From the NCBI RefSeq assembly GCF_009914755.1, contig NC_060929.1: DNA of 64,000 nucleotides. One strand, 5' to 3'. Below are positions 39,423-53,224 of the stretch, one piece after another; within the stretch, counting starts at the first letter, position 1; every line of letters begins with the position of its first letter. This DNA comes from the human T2T-CHM13v2.0 reference genome, Homo sapiens. The notes beneath the pieces are model-generated. The model did not search any database. It was given only the letters and a program-made list of their open reading frames with translations, and was not told the origin of the DNA. The position numbers and the translations under genes are program-made.

Positions 39423-41764
39423 GAGGGAACCCAAATCCTAGGCCCAGCTCCTTTGGATTAAGGAAAGGGGGAGAAGATTGGGCCCAGAAAGAGAAAATTG
39501 AACAAGAAGCTGTTTGTACAATGGAGTAAATAGTTGCATCAAGGGAAATGAAACAAGAGAGGGGAATGAGCTTCTGTGACTTGGGGCAAGACAAGAGGAG
39601 CATGATTAGTGCTCAGTAAATGTTTATTTGTCTTAAAATTGGGATTATTGAAAAAACAGCAGATTTAGCCGCAGTAGAGACTGGGATAGAGATGAGGAAA
39701 AGGCAGGGGCCATTTGTTAAAGATCTGCAGACTGCCATGGAAGTTTTGCCACACCATGGCTAGGAGATGAGCTCAGAGAATCAAGTTGCAGCTTGCAGGT
39801 CTGTGGCCAGAAAGTGATGTGTAAGTCCATTTCCTGAGGCTGCCTCATGGAGGTGGGAGTGGACAGAGGCTCCAGCAGTGAGAGGGTTAAACCAGAATAA
39901 CAAGGGGGTGATTTATCTCAGCCCCAACATTCCCTTGCTCATGGCTCTGACTGGCCCTGCTAATGCTCCCGGGTTGCAAATTTACCTATTTGTCAAGTCC
40001 CTCTCCACAGCCTGGCTCTCTCTGGCTGCTTGTGTGGTTTATTAAAGAGGCCTTTGCTACCTGTCATCTCAAACAGCCTCCTTTATCCAAAACAGAATAA
40101 TAGAGATATCTCCCTCCAGGGACGCAGGATGCAAATGCCCGAGGACAGGTTGCCAATTTGCTGCGTGTATTAGGGGAAGGAAGCTGTCAAGGGAAACGGC
40201 CGGGATCCAGGCTCTTCTAACAAGCTCATTTCTGGGTTGAGGGGAGACCTGGGCTGCTCGAGTTTAGATTACGTGGGCACACGCCTCCGCTTTCCTATGG
40301 ACAGCTGTCAGCAGCAATCGAAACAAAATTGGCTTTCTTCCTTTTCCCCTTCCCCCGCTCGTCCTCAGTAGCAAGGCCCTGCCAATAACTGTCAAGAAGC
40401 CATCCAGCTGCCGAGGTCGCCTTGCCCGCACCGCAGCACGCCCTGCTCTGCAGTGGGTTGGGCCCTGGTTTACAGTCTGTGGAAGTATGTCCTGGCTGGC
40501 GCAACCTTGTTTGCTGGGGGCCGAGGGGAGAGGGGTTGTTTCCTCCTCCCCTAGAGAGAGTTAATCAAAGAGGGAATTCTGTCCTGGTGGCACCTGGGAA
40601 AGATGTTCCTCCTGGCCCTCATCATAGGGGGATGCGAGGGCCTCCTTCCTGCCAGGAATCTTCCCACGACAGACTTTGGTTTGACTCTTATTCACCTTAC
40701 AAAAGAGCACTGCCCTGGCTCTGGGGCCGGTGACCTGCCTCCAGGATGGCTGGGCAGCGAGAGGACTCAGGCACAGAGAGAAGGGTCTGGCATACCCACC
40801 AGACGATCGCTTTATCTCCTCTGCTCCTCACAGAAACCCTGTGCAGCCTGACCCCACTAATTTCAGAAAAGGAAGTTGCGAACCAGGGGCCTACTGGAAG
40901 CTGGTTAAGGGCCAGGCTCACAACTTGAACCCAGGACAGAACTGTTTCATTTCCTGCAGAAGATCAAGGCCTCTCTGGCCACCCTTGAGGGTCCTGCGGG
41001 GTCTCCTGACCGTAGGAAGGTGGTCTTGGTTGGGTATGCACGTGGGACCTTCTGGGTCCCTAAGAGCTCTCATGACCCACAGGTTCCCTGCTCCCCACCA
41101 TGTCCTCCACTCCACTCCTGATGCTGCCTCAAGACTGAGGTCCCCAGGCAGGGCAGCGAGTGCCCAGAGGTGTTCCATGAATGTGGCAGGGGTTTGTCCT
41201 GGAGCTGGGCAGAGGTGACCTCAGAGCTTGGAGACACCTGCTGGGGCTCATGCTGCAGCTGGGGGGCCAGGGCTGGGCCAAGGAGGGCAGAGCCATGTGG
41301 GAGACTAGCTTAGCTCAGGGTCTTCCTTGATTGGGAGCCAGACAATGCTTTGGACTCTTTAAAATGAGCCTCAGAGTGGGGTTCAAGGCCCTGTGGGGCA
41401 GGCTGAGCATCTGTCTTTGTCAGGGAGGCCCCTCTGAGCCAGGAGCACCACAGGGTTGGCTGTTGCTTTTGAAGGTTTGATTTCTCTCCAGTCCTCTTAC
41501 TGCACCTTGTTTTTGGCAGATGCTCAATGAATTCTTATTGCTAGACTGCCTTACTCCTTCCTCTTCCCTGGTGGTGTTCTCACCTGCTTGGGGCCTCTTT
41601 GAGCCACCTACCAACACTGATGGCAGGTCCAGCACTGCACATGCCTAGCCTCCACTTCCGTCACAGGTGTTCTAATTTTCTTGCTCACCTGTTGCAGCCT
41701 CTTCTGTCCCAGCTCCTCTCCCCGACGCTGATGGCTTAGCCAGCCCAACCCACCTCCCCTGTTA

Positions 41765-41880
41765 ACATCCCCATTTTACAGATGAGAAAACCAATCCTCA
41801 GAAAGGTTAAGATCAGAGCAGGATTTAAGCTCAGGCAGTCTGACCTCAAACAGGAGTATTTCTCTTTCTGGTAGGGCTAC
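41765..41880 (-). mobile_element. MIR SINE remnant
   Basis: ATCCCCATTTTACAGATGAGAAAAC...CAGAGCAGGATTTAAGCTCAGGCAGTCTGAC. Confidence 0.75.
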
Positions 41881-42499
41881 ATGTTGGGGGTGACAGAGGT
41901 TTGGGCTTAGGGGTGAGGACTCTGTCAGCCTGAAGGTCCTGCCAACCTTGACAGTCTTCATCATTTGGCTGTTCTGGGTGTCAACTCCTCTGTGAAGAGA
42001 GTCCAGGATGCTCCCCTGTAACCCACAGCTCAGAGTGCCTGGCAGGGAGAGGATAGGCTGGAGAAGGAAGGCCTGCCAAGCAGGAGTAAGGGGGCCCCCA
42101 TTCTCTGAGGCTGGCTTTGCTGCTCTGGCCCAGCCCCATAGGGCTGCTGTGCTGGGGCTGCCCATTGATGGTGCTCCAATGCAGGAGGCCAGGCAGGGGC
42201 TCTGCATCGGGCTGGCCAGCCATAAGTAGGCCAACCTGACATGGTCCATCTGCACTCCATGGCAGGGTAGCTGTCCGACCACCAGCCCAGAGGCAGTCGA
42301 TGGGGAGGCCAGAGGACTCGGAGTCCAGCTGAGGTTCGCAAGGCCACGTGCATCTACCCAGAGTTCCTTCCATGGGCAGTGCATACTCCCTGGAACGCAC
42401 CATCAGAAAGGCAGCTTCTAGGGTGAGGGAAAACCAGCCCAGGAAGGAAAGATGGACTGGTGGGGCCCCACACCCAGATGCCATCAGTGTGCTTGGGGT

Positions 42500-42725
42500 T
42501 ATACCACAACTTGAAATGGACCTGGGGTAAGTACGTCACTGCTTCTCTCTGAGCCCCAGTTTTCTCATCTGGTGACTGACATGTAAGCAACTGCCAATGC
42601 TTATTGAGTAAAGAACAAATCTGTAAAGTGAGAGTTATGGTAGTTCCTATGTCAGAGGCTTGGGGGGAATTGAATGAGATGAAGGATGGAAAGCACCTGG
42701 TATGCAGTAAGTGCTCAGTAAGTGC
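42500..42725 (+). mobile_element. MIR SINE
   Basis: TCTCTGAGCCCCAGTTTTCTCATCTG...TGAATGAGAT...AAGCACCTGG...CAGTAAGTGCTCAGTAAGTG. Confidence 0.7.
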
Positions 42726-44859
42726 AGGTGGCCCTTCTTTCTGTAGATGGGGCTGTAGTCCCCTTTCCCCTTTCACAATGTGTCTTGCTTGTTCTAGCTT
42801 CCTCTCTATCACCTGGGCCTCTGCGGCTCACTCTAGAATACAGACTGTAATTTCTCTGGAGGAGATTCCCTAGAGCAAAACTTAGGGACGTCTTTAAATA
42901 GACGTGAGAATGCCAGTGCTGGAGAGGCCCGCAGAGGCAGCATGGAATGGGCATAGACTGAGGAGCCAGACAGACCCAAGTCTCATCTCGGCTCTGTCAG
43001 CTGCCAGCTTTGTGGCCTTGGGGTGCCCACCTCCCCTCTCTGAGCAGGCTCAACAGTTCCTGCTCCTTGGGGCTCTTGTAAAGTTGAAGTGAGTCTTTGT
43101 CAAGTGAAAAGCTGTGAGTATATTTGTTAACATATGTGCAACCGTATTGGGAAAAGCTGCATCATTTATGATCTTTTCCAGTCTTCTTATTTTGCTGAGG
43201 GGGCATCTGGGACCCTGAAAGGGATGGGGCTGGCCTGTGGTCCCACAAGAAAGGAGCGAGAGAGACGTGGGGCTTGGATTGTGAGGCAGCCTTTTCTTCC
43301 CACGTGCTCTCCCTGCCTCTACTTTCTGCAAGCACCAGGAGGTAGAAGACAAAGGTATATCCACAGCTATTAGCATCCCCAGGGTCTGATGTCTGGCCCT
43401 TGCCAGTGGCGACTGCGTCCTCTTTGTCTGAACGACCTAGTCTTTGAGCCAGGGCCTACATCGAGGTCCTTCCAGACACCCTAGAGGCAAAAGCAAACCT
43501 CTCCCTCATCCTGCTGCTTTCTTTAGGGCTGAGAAAGCCTGGGCCAGCAGATGCCCTGTCAGAGCCTAGGGAACCAGGCTTGGCTTGGGCAGACGGCATC
43601 TCGGAAGGGCTTGTGCATTTAGGGAAAACCAGCCCCAAATAACTCCCAGATTCAGTCCTGAGCTATGCAGGTGAAGGCAGGTAGGAAATTACAGCCACTT
43701 GAGGCTTTCTCTCCCAGCGACTTGATTAGAGCTGAGGAGTGTTAGAGCTGAAATAGCTGGGAAAAGTGCCCTTTGATATGTTCATTTGGTTTTAATTTGG
43801 GGGGACACAGGGCAGCACCAGCTTATTTTATTTCTGCTTCCTTTTAGTGGCTTTCACTTGGCTCCTATCCCCCCATTTTCACCCCCTCCCCTGCTGGAAT
43901 TTGTGAATTTCAAGGTCAGCTGAAAGTCAAGCTTTACCATGTTGGTGATGAAATGCAAGCAGATGTGGCTCGTTTGGCGGATGGTGGCCACACCCTGAGA
44001 ACTGTGCTCAGTCCTGTGGGTGATGCCTGGCAAAATTAACAAAGTCTGATGGCTTACAACCCTGGGTTTCCATCTCGGAGATTCAGATTTCAAAGCAAGT
44101 GCCAATCAGCATGTGTTTATCTAGGGGAGTTGAGAAGTGATGCTGGCTGGGGAAGGTGTGGCTGCCTCATCTTGGCATGCCAGCTACTGAGAGCAGTCGG
44201 AATGGGTGCCCGCACTTGGGTTTGGACTCTGTCATGTGGTGTTGGCTTTGCTGGGGATGTTGTCTGCTGGTCCTTCTTGCTAGGGAGAGGGACTGGTGGA
44301 TTTTCCAATGCTAGTTTCATATCACATGCCCATCGAGTTGCCCTCTTCTCCTTTGCAGCGGGTTAAGCCATTGGCGAATGCTTGCCATGTGATGAGCGCT
44401 GTGTTGGCAGTGACCTCAGGGAGAAGGTCAATTTTCAGCTCGGCTTCCTGGCATCACCCACACCCCTCTGTGACTCAGAAAGTGGCCCAGCCGGCTGCCT
44501 CCAGCACTCTGGTAGACCTGTTGGGTGGTGCAGGGGGAGAGCTTTCTGATGCCCCAGTTTCTTCTGGCACTTCATCAGATGCCTCCCCTTGGGCTTTGTA
44601 CAAGGTCTCACAATGCCCCCTGACTTGGGTCTTGGTTCTACTGACGCACTGTGGCAGTTTTGTCTAAGGTACATGTGGGAATCCACCCTCCTGGCAATGT
44701 GCTGGGATTGACTTACTAGGAAAGCAGGGAGACCCAGCAGCCTTAGGTTTCTTTCTCTGTGTTCACCAGTTCTTCCCAGTCCAGCATCCTGTACTCTCTG
44801 CCTTCCAAAACCTAAGCACAGGGCAGAGCAGATGCCTGCTTGGCCCAAGAAGGGGATGA

Positions 44860-45085
44860 GCTTGGGAGCCCACGCTGTGTTGGAAACCCAGCTCTCTCTC
44901 TAGTCAGCTCTGGGCCCTTGGCCAACTCCCTTCGCCTCTCTAAGCCTCAGTTTCTTTGTCTGTAAGAGGGGATAATGGTGCCCACCTCACTGAGTTGCTG
45001 TGAGGATTAAAGGAAACGGTGCATGTAAAGGGCCTGGCACAGTGCCTGGCGCATGGTGCTCAGTAATGTTCGCTATTATAGCTAT
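44860..45085 (+). mobile_element. MIR SINE
   Basis: CCTCTCTAAGCCTCAGTTTCTTTGTCTGTAAGAGGGGATAATGGTGCCCACCTCAC...GTGAGGATTAAA...CAGTGCCTGGCGCATGG. Confidence 0.85.
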
Positions 45086-45939
45086 CGTCCAAATCCTGGG
45101 AGAGCAGTCCGAGAAACAGTGTGGGCAGGGACCTACCCAGCTCCCCTGTGGCCTTCGGGGTTTCGTAACTTCAGAGCCCAATTACCTGGTGTGCCCCTCA
45201 GCTGAGGAGCTCAGCCTCCTCCTCAGGGTCCTTGCCCCAGCTCATCAGGGAGCAGAGACAGATGTGGCTGGGGAGTGAGACTGAAATCACCCTCTCCACC
45301 CTGCCTTTTTGAGTGGCAGTGTGCTACAGAGAAGTGACATTTAAAAAAATGTTCCTTAAATTGAGGAGTTGTCCAAAATGGAGCTGGTTTCCACAGCACA
45401 GTCATTTTTGGATAAGAAAGCCTAAAATGAGAAATTTCTGAATGCAGAACAAAGCAGAAGAGCCTGCCACAACAGCACATGTGAGTCAGCCCGAATCCCC
45501 TCACAAACAGCCTGCCTTGTTAAAATCAGTCCCTTGGTGCGGAGGGGATTAGCGCTCTGCAAACTTCCCATCCCAGGCCTGCCTGCATTTTTACTTTCCC
45601 TGCTGCACGGTTCTTGCTGATCTTCTTCCTTACACACCCAGGGGATTTCCCCACACATAATGGGGGCCACTCCCATTGCTAAAATGATGGAGAGTTTTTT
45701 CTTTGCTCTGGCAGGAAAAGAGTAACTTCTGCTGGAAATACAGAGAGGCAGAGACATTAGCTGCAACAACTCCCCCTGCTTTGTTCCCTGGGTGTTTTGG
45801 GAAGGACTGCAAAGAGCTGAGTGAGGGTGCCTTGGTGGGGAGGGTCAGGTCCCTCTAGGTAACTGTGTAGGACTCCCAAGGGTCATTTTTGTTCTTCCTC
45901 ATCCTCCAGGAAGTGCTACCTGCTTTACTTACTCTGTAG

Positions 45940-46203
<264 letters not shown>

Positions 46204-47569
46204 TTCTTTAGGAATTTGTGAGAGTTGATGGGCAGAGTTGGAGCTGCCACTCTGGGGCTCAGAGTATCAGGGCCCTCCTATTGCATAACTCTGGGGACAC
46301 TTTGCATGTGGCACCCCTGGGTGTGTGCAGTCTGAGGAGCTGGTTGGGGTTGGAGGAGACATCTATAGGATCTGCTGTCTGCCCACTGTCCAGGTCACCA
46401 CCTGCTGGTATGGCTCATGGGCTCCAAGAAGTATGTCTAAGATAGAGCAGGGAGGCCACACCCAGGAGCAGGTTCCTGTCCCTCCACCCTAGTCCAGCCC
46501 CCTGCCCGCCTCTGCCCCTGCCCCTGCCCCATGGTGCTTTGGGCTAGCTGGAATAAGTCTGGCCAGCCAGCTGGCCTGAGTTCTGGAGCCCAAGACCTTG
46601 CTCGCCCTGTTGGCTGGGCCCCCTCAAGCTTGGGCCGCTCATTATTTCTCCACTGGCGGGGGAGTGGGAAGACCAATTATCGGGGCCTCACCGCCACGCA
46701 CTGCCTTTGGATGCATTTTCTCAAATGGCGAAACCCTCTTTGGGGAGAGGCAATTTGTTGGGGAGCTCAAGGCAGTGTAATTTATGGGTCCCCTCTTGCC
46801 TGGCTAGGAGTGAGGTGGCTGTGGCTTAATTTAATTAGCTGGATTGAAGCCGAGCAGATCACCAGAATGGGCCTGGAATTCTGGTTTGAAAGGCATATTT
46901 CTCTTCAGAGCAAAGCATGGCAAGAGGAAAAGGTCTAAAGTTACTTCATTCATTTGGATCCTTTGGTTAGAGATGTCTTCCAGCTTGAAATATAAACCCA
47001 CTTATTTTTCTTAAGAATCCAGCCCACCAGCTACAGTATTCTGTTCATGCATTTAATAGCAATAATTGAACAGAGCTCAAATTATCATAACCTAATGCTC
47101 TCCAAGTCAGATCCAACTGTGTCACATTTTTCCTATGGGGAAGAGAGTATATTTGGCAGGGCAGAGAGAAGCCGCCAGGGTCATGCACTGCAATGTCCTG
47201 TTGACTGAGTTTTAGTGGGTGCAGCCACGAGGCTGGGGACCTTGAGGGGCTGTGAGAAGGGGGCCAGACAGCAGGTGCTCCCTAGCTGTGATCCATAGCT
47301 CTCAGCTGGGCATGGCTGTCTGGATTGTAAAAGGACACTCAGGGCAAGAGTGAAAGCTAGAGCTGGAAATGGCCACCAAGTGCTAATACTTTTGATAGCA
47401 GTAACAGTCATAATGATCATTAGGGCAGCCCCCTTAATTTACAGTTGAGCTTCTCAGAGGCTGTAAGATGGCTTTTGACAGGCCCTGGATCCAGATTTTT
47501 AGCCTTCTCAGACAACAGAGGGAAGGCTCCAGGGTTGCCATTCACAGACAGACTCTGGAGGGGACTGGG

Positions 47570-47710
47570 AGACCTCTGCCATCAGCCAGCTGATCTTAGG
47601 TAAGCTTCTCTGAGGCTCAGTTTTCACATGTGTAAAACTGGGATTCTGCTCCCCTGTTCCCCCCCCCACACACAGAGTTGGTTTGTGACACCAGAGAGAG
47701 AATTAATGCA
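47570..47710 (+). mobile_element. MIR SINE remnant
   Basis: CTCTGAGGCTCAGTTTTCACATGTGTAAAACTGGGAT. Confidence 0.6.
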
Positions 47711-49570
47711 GGGGAGAGGGCCCCCCGCAGATTGCTGCCAGGGTGTCAGGATCATCAGCCCAGGGGACACTCACCTGTGAGGGGAAGCTGCTGGCCTCAA
47801 CCCCAGCATCATTTTGAGCTTCTCAAAATGGCCAGCATGATCAGGATCACCAGAACTGGGGCTTCTGACTCGGGGTAGCCTAGATTTGAGCTCTGGGGCT
47901 TTCCCCAGATATGACCATTGTGTGGATCTTGTGTGGCAGAGCTGAGCATATTGTGTTTCTGAGCTGTTCCCCAGTGGTTCTTGTTCTCCCCAGCTTGTGG
48001 AGGCAAACCTTCAGGTGAGTCACCTGTGAGAGGCATTGGGCTGTGTGAAGGGAGGACAAGAACTTTTCCAGCCAATGTGCCCCAAATAGGAATTCATTCC
48101 CGGGGCCTTATGTAAGCTCACCCTCTCTCTCTTTTCTTTTTTCTTTCTCTCTTCCTTTTTCTTTCTGGAGCTCCAAGCAAAATTGCCAGGAAATCCATGC
48201 TAGGTTTGGTGATGGTGCTGGGGCTTCCATGTGGGGTGCTGGTGACGGTGTCAGGGCTTGTGGTGGCAGGTGCTGGGCACACAGTGGACACCATCATCCT
48301 CACAGGGCTGGGCTTGGAAGCTCAGGGTGTTTGCCCAACGCCATCAGAGAAGCTGGGTCTAGTCTATTGTTAGCAGATAAAGCAATGACAAAGGCAGCGA
48401 AAGTGTTCCGGGGGGTCATTTTGATCTGTCTCCCCCAAGGGGGATTGCTTGGTTATCCTTTTGTTATTTAACAAAGCAAATGGGGCCTCTGCTCTTCAAT
48501 CACAAACTGTAATGTTGACTACTTCAAAAAAGCAGAGGGAATATTATTCCAATATTTATCTTAGCACAAAACTAACATTTCAGGGCCTGTACCCATAATT
48601 CAAATGTTGATGGGGAACACATTGTGTGAATGTGGTGCAAATATAAACAACGGGAAATTGCTTATATTTAGTAGGGAAAGATGAAGTAAACATTTTTGAA
48701 TAAAATGGCAAAGACTTGGTTCTACTAGTTGCAGTTTCTCAGTTGAACATATCTAACTGGCACTGCTTAGGAGTTATCACGTGGTCTGAGGGTTCAGCGA
48801 GGGTTAAGGTTAAGTTCTTATTATCAAGATGCCTCTCTGAGCCCAAGTCCTTGATTTCCCGTCCCTGACGTGCTGGGCACCGGCTGGTCTAGAAGCTAGT
48901 CTGTGGCTCTGGGAAATTCAGTGTGGTTCCTTTCTCTCTCTCTCTTTTTTCATATTTTCTTCTACTCAAATGCTCATTAGTGGCAGAAGCCCCTATAAAG
49001 GCACATGGGAAGGGAAAAGAGGCCCCTTGTTAAGGGCAGTTGCCTTCCAGCTGCTTTATAAGAGGCTCACCCAACCCAAAGTCTATGTGACTCCCTGAGG
49101 GATCCCCCCCTTGGAAAAGGGAGGTTTGGGCCCCCGTGGTCTAGCCCTAGGAATTCATATGCAGTGGAAACCTCCACTGCTGGTGGCATCTTGCCTCATG
49201 CGAGGAGGGCCTGCAGGCCTTATGTAAACACTCAGGTGCCTGTCTGTACAAATGTGGGGCCTCGACACCGGCAGGCTCTGTTTCTGTTACTACTTCAGGG
49301 TGTGGACATGTGGGCACTCGCAGTTCTTTCTGGCGTCCTCCAGCCTGTGTATCTCCCATTGGGGAAGTGGTTCTGGGAGTGTTACTTGCACCGCCCACAG
49401 CCCCATTCCCCTGGCATGATTTGTTGGGTGATGAGCCTATGGTGGGTGGAGATGGGGTCTCTGTGATGCTGCAGGCTGATTCCTGGGACTTCAGTTTCAG
49501 TTCCTAAATGTGTCTTTCTTGTAAGGAGATGGCCCTTGTGACTTCTCCAAGTGGAAAAATGACACTTTAG

Positions 49571-49953
<383 letters not shown>

Positions 49954-50153
49954 GGCTCTGTTTAGTATTTTCAAGGGCTTCCAGAGATAAAGGAACCACA
50001 TAAGCCTTGATGTCTCCTTTTCCAGGGGACAGAGATAAAGCAATACTCACTGAGAGGAAGTTCATGGGGTGGGAGGGGCCTGAAATCTCACTGGTTCAAT
50101 TCAGGAAACACTGACCAGGCACCAGCTGTGTGCCCAGAGCTGTGTGATGTGCT

Positions 50154-50184
50154 GGGGTGGGGGCAGGGGCAGGGGCAGGGGCAG
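50154..50184 (+). repeat. (GGGGCA)n G-rich repeat
   Basis: GGGGTGGGGGCAGGGGCAGGGGCAGGGGCAG. Confidence 0.85.
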
Positions 50185-50354
50185 TGGTGGGCCCAGCATA
50201 GAAAGAGGAGAAGTTAGGTCAGCTGTGGTTTCTAAGATGTCACATGAGGAGGACAGAAGTTAGGATCTTACTTTGAAAATGCAGAGGCCATTTGTTGTAG
50301 GGGCTCTACTCTGGGGGCTAGTGGTAATAATAATTAAGCTGAAAAATGAAAAAA

Positions 50355-50580
50355 ATATAAAGCTAACACAGTGCTTAGAAACATGCCAGAAAGGGTTCCA
50401 GGTGCTTTGTGGCATTAACTCACTTAACCCTCACAAAAAACCTGTGAGGTCAATAGTATTAGACACATTTTACTGATGTCGGGGGTAACCTCTTGTTCAG
50501 GGTCACACAGTTAGGCCAGTGGAGCTGGGTTCTGACCCCAGGCAGTCCGACTCGAGGGGTATGGGCCTTTAACCACTGTG
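50355..50580 (-). mobile_element. MIR SINE
   Basis: GTGCTTTGTGGCATTAACTCACTTAACCCTCACAA...GGTCACACAG...CAGGCAGTCCGACTC...TTAACCACTGTG. Confidence 0.8.
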
Positions 50581-52614
50581 TTAGTGTAAAGAAGGCCCCA
50601 GTACTGAACCTATTCCTTCTGCAGCCTTTTCCCTGGGAACTTGGTGTTGTGCTGAAGACTCTGAACTGGATGTTTTCCTTCTGTGCCCAGGGATGAGCAT
50701 GATAGTGTTTGGGGCTGAGAGAAGAGAGCGGGTTGGGATATGATCTGCCACTCTCCAAACCCGGGGCTGAGCAGGCTTTCCTCTCAGGCAGGGTCTGGGA
50801 TACAGAGCCGTGGGCCGCACAGCTGCTGCCTGCTGTCTAAGGAAAGTGTGGCACCCGCTCTTCCCAGCCAAGGCCAAAAGCCTCATCCTAAGGTGGGAGG
50901 CAGAGCTGGGGCAAGAGTTAAGTGACTGAACTGAGGCCACTCTGTGCCCTCCTCCTGTCTTTTGCAGGAGCCACTCTGCAGGAAGTAGGTGCCATTGAAC
51001 CCTTCTCCCAAGCTAATTCTGCTAATTCTGCTCTCCTTCAGCAAGCTTTCAGAGTCGGGTTCTGATTTTGCACCCCTGCTGCGACCATTTTGTATTCCTA
51101 TCTTAAATGCTGGCAGACAATCTGGCTGACTTGTGTCCGAGAAGCAGTTGGCCGTGCTGGGATTGTGACCCCAGTGTGTGGTGTATTACCCCAGTGAGGA
51201 GTAGATGGACCCGGCCTGGGACAGGAAGGAGGAGAGAGGCTACAGGGGTGTGTGATGGAGGAAGACGTGGTGGTGATGGAATGAGACACCAGTTTTGAGC
51301 ATTTTCTAATTTGAGGCATCACCCAGAAAACCTCCAGATCATAGGAAGAGTGTGGTTTGGGGACATTTGGTTAAAGCAGATTGATTCCTCCTCGTTGGGG
51401 AACGTACATGTTGGGGTGTGGCTGTTGGGAGAGTTCTAGTGGGGCAGGGAGATGGAGTCCTGGCGAGAACTGCCGCCTGGAGAGCCTGGGAAACGAGGCT
51501 TGCTGGGAGAAGGCAGTTGTTGAATCTGAAGAATAAAGCAACACACAAGGACATCAGTGTGTCTGGAAATGTGATAAATGTAGAGCTGTATATGTAACAT
51601 CATTTGCCTTTTTTTCTTACAACTTAATTATATTCTTCCTCTTCTCAACAGGGTTTTGGTCTTCTCTAGGAATAGCACAGGGACGTGTCACATGTCTGGT
51701 AGCCATCTGGTACCCAGGGAATGACTTGAGGGGACCCCTGTGTGATTTCTGAGCCAGGAGGCAATAGAGAAGGAAAAAGGAGTATCTGGCAAAAGCTCCC
51801 ATTATTTGTTTCCGTCGGTTGCCAGTTGGTGCTGATGACGGATGTAGTGGGTGCCCTTGTGTGTGATGTGACACCCGTGTCTCAGCTGTGGAGGTGGAAA
51901 GGTCAGCTTGGGTGATGTGGTGACTGGCCTTCAAGGCTTGAAAAATCACCCGGACAGAGGACAGGCAGAGGCAGCTCATTTTAGGTGTCCTTCAAGAGAA
52001 ATAAAAACTATGCTTGGCTTATCCATAGGATCATTTCCTGATGCCATGGAAACAGCCAGAGGGCAGGGCATGTGGTGGCGAGACCTCCTCTCGGGGAGGT
52101 GTTAGGGCAGGGCTGAGGGGTAGCCCTGTCCCCTCTATCCCCTGTGTCTCCTCTGTCTCCTTTGTCTCTGTCCTGCACTCAGCCTCTGTACTGCCAATCC
52201 CCTTCAAGGCCCCAGCAAAGGGCAGAGCATACCGGGCTGTGTTGCATTAGCACCTTGATTTCTCACTTTGTCTCTGAGCTGCTGGGCCAAGCGCCCGTTG
52301 TCTCTGCTTCCTGGCTCTTTTCTCCTTCTGGACTGGTCCTCCCAGGGCCAGAGTGATGATGGGACCTGTGATGGCTCCAGGCTTTTCAGGGCCACCCTCT
52401 GTCACCTGGCCTTCTCCTCACCAAGGCAGGGTTTTCTGGACTGTGGTTTGTGTACTACCAATAGTACCCCCAATGACTCTGGGAGGTCCTATGGGGAACT
52501 TTTTTGAAGTTAATAGTTATGGTTGTGTTTGATGCCTATTAGAAAATGTTAACCAACACGTGAGACCGTGTTTTCTCAGGTATTGGAACCAAGGATGAGA
52601 CCCCAGGTCTGTAG

Positions 52615-52850
52615 AGGTAGCAGAGGACGCTGGCAAGAGCAGGGCTCCGGGGCCAGACTGCCTGCTTCAAATCCTGGCTCTGCCACTTATGGATTGTGAG
52701 GCCTTGGGCTTACTTCCTCTTCTTGTCTAACTTGGGGATAATAATAGCTCCTACCTCCTAGGGCTCTTGTGAGAATTGAGTTAATGCATGTGAGGCATTT
52801 ACAAAGTGCTTGGCATATAATCAGGACTCAGTTGGTGTTAGCTGTTGTTA
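52615..52850 (+). mobile_element. MIR SINE
   Basis: GGGCCAGACTGCCTGCTTCAAATCCTGGCTCTGCCACTTA...GGGGATAATAATAGCTCCTACCTCCTAGGG. Confidence 0.85.
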
Positions 52851-52901
52851 TTACTGTCATTAAAAGTATTTAAAGAAAAACATTGAACAAATCATAGCGC
52901 A

Positions 52902-53224
<323 letters not shown>

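Noticed and set aside
46392-46410. CTCF-like CCAGCAGGTGGTG on the minus strand (similar partial matches near 2930, 4540 and 62605)
   Set aside because: There is a mismatch at a key core position; cannot be supported without ChIP data
48118-48170. 50-nt polypyrimidine tract ending in GAG as a splice acceptor
   Set aside because: GAG is a poor acceptor and there is no good downstream donor; probably simple low-complexity sequence
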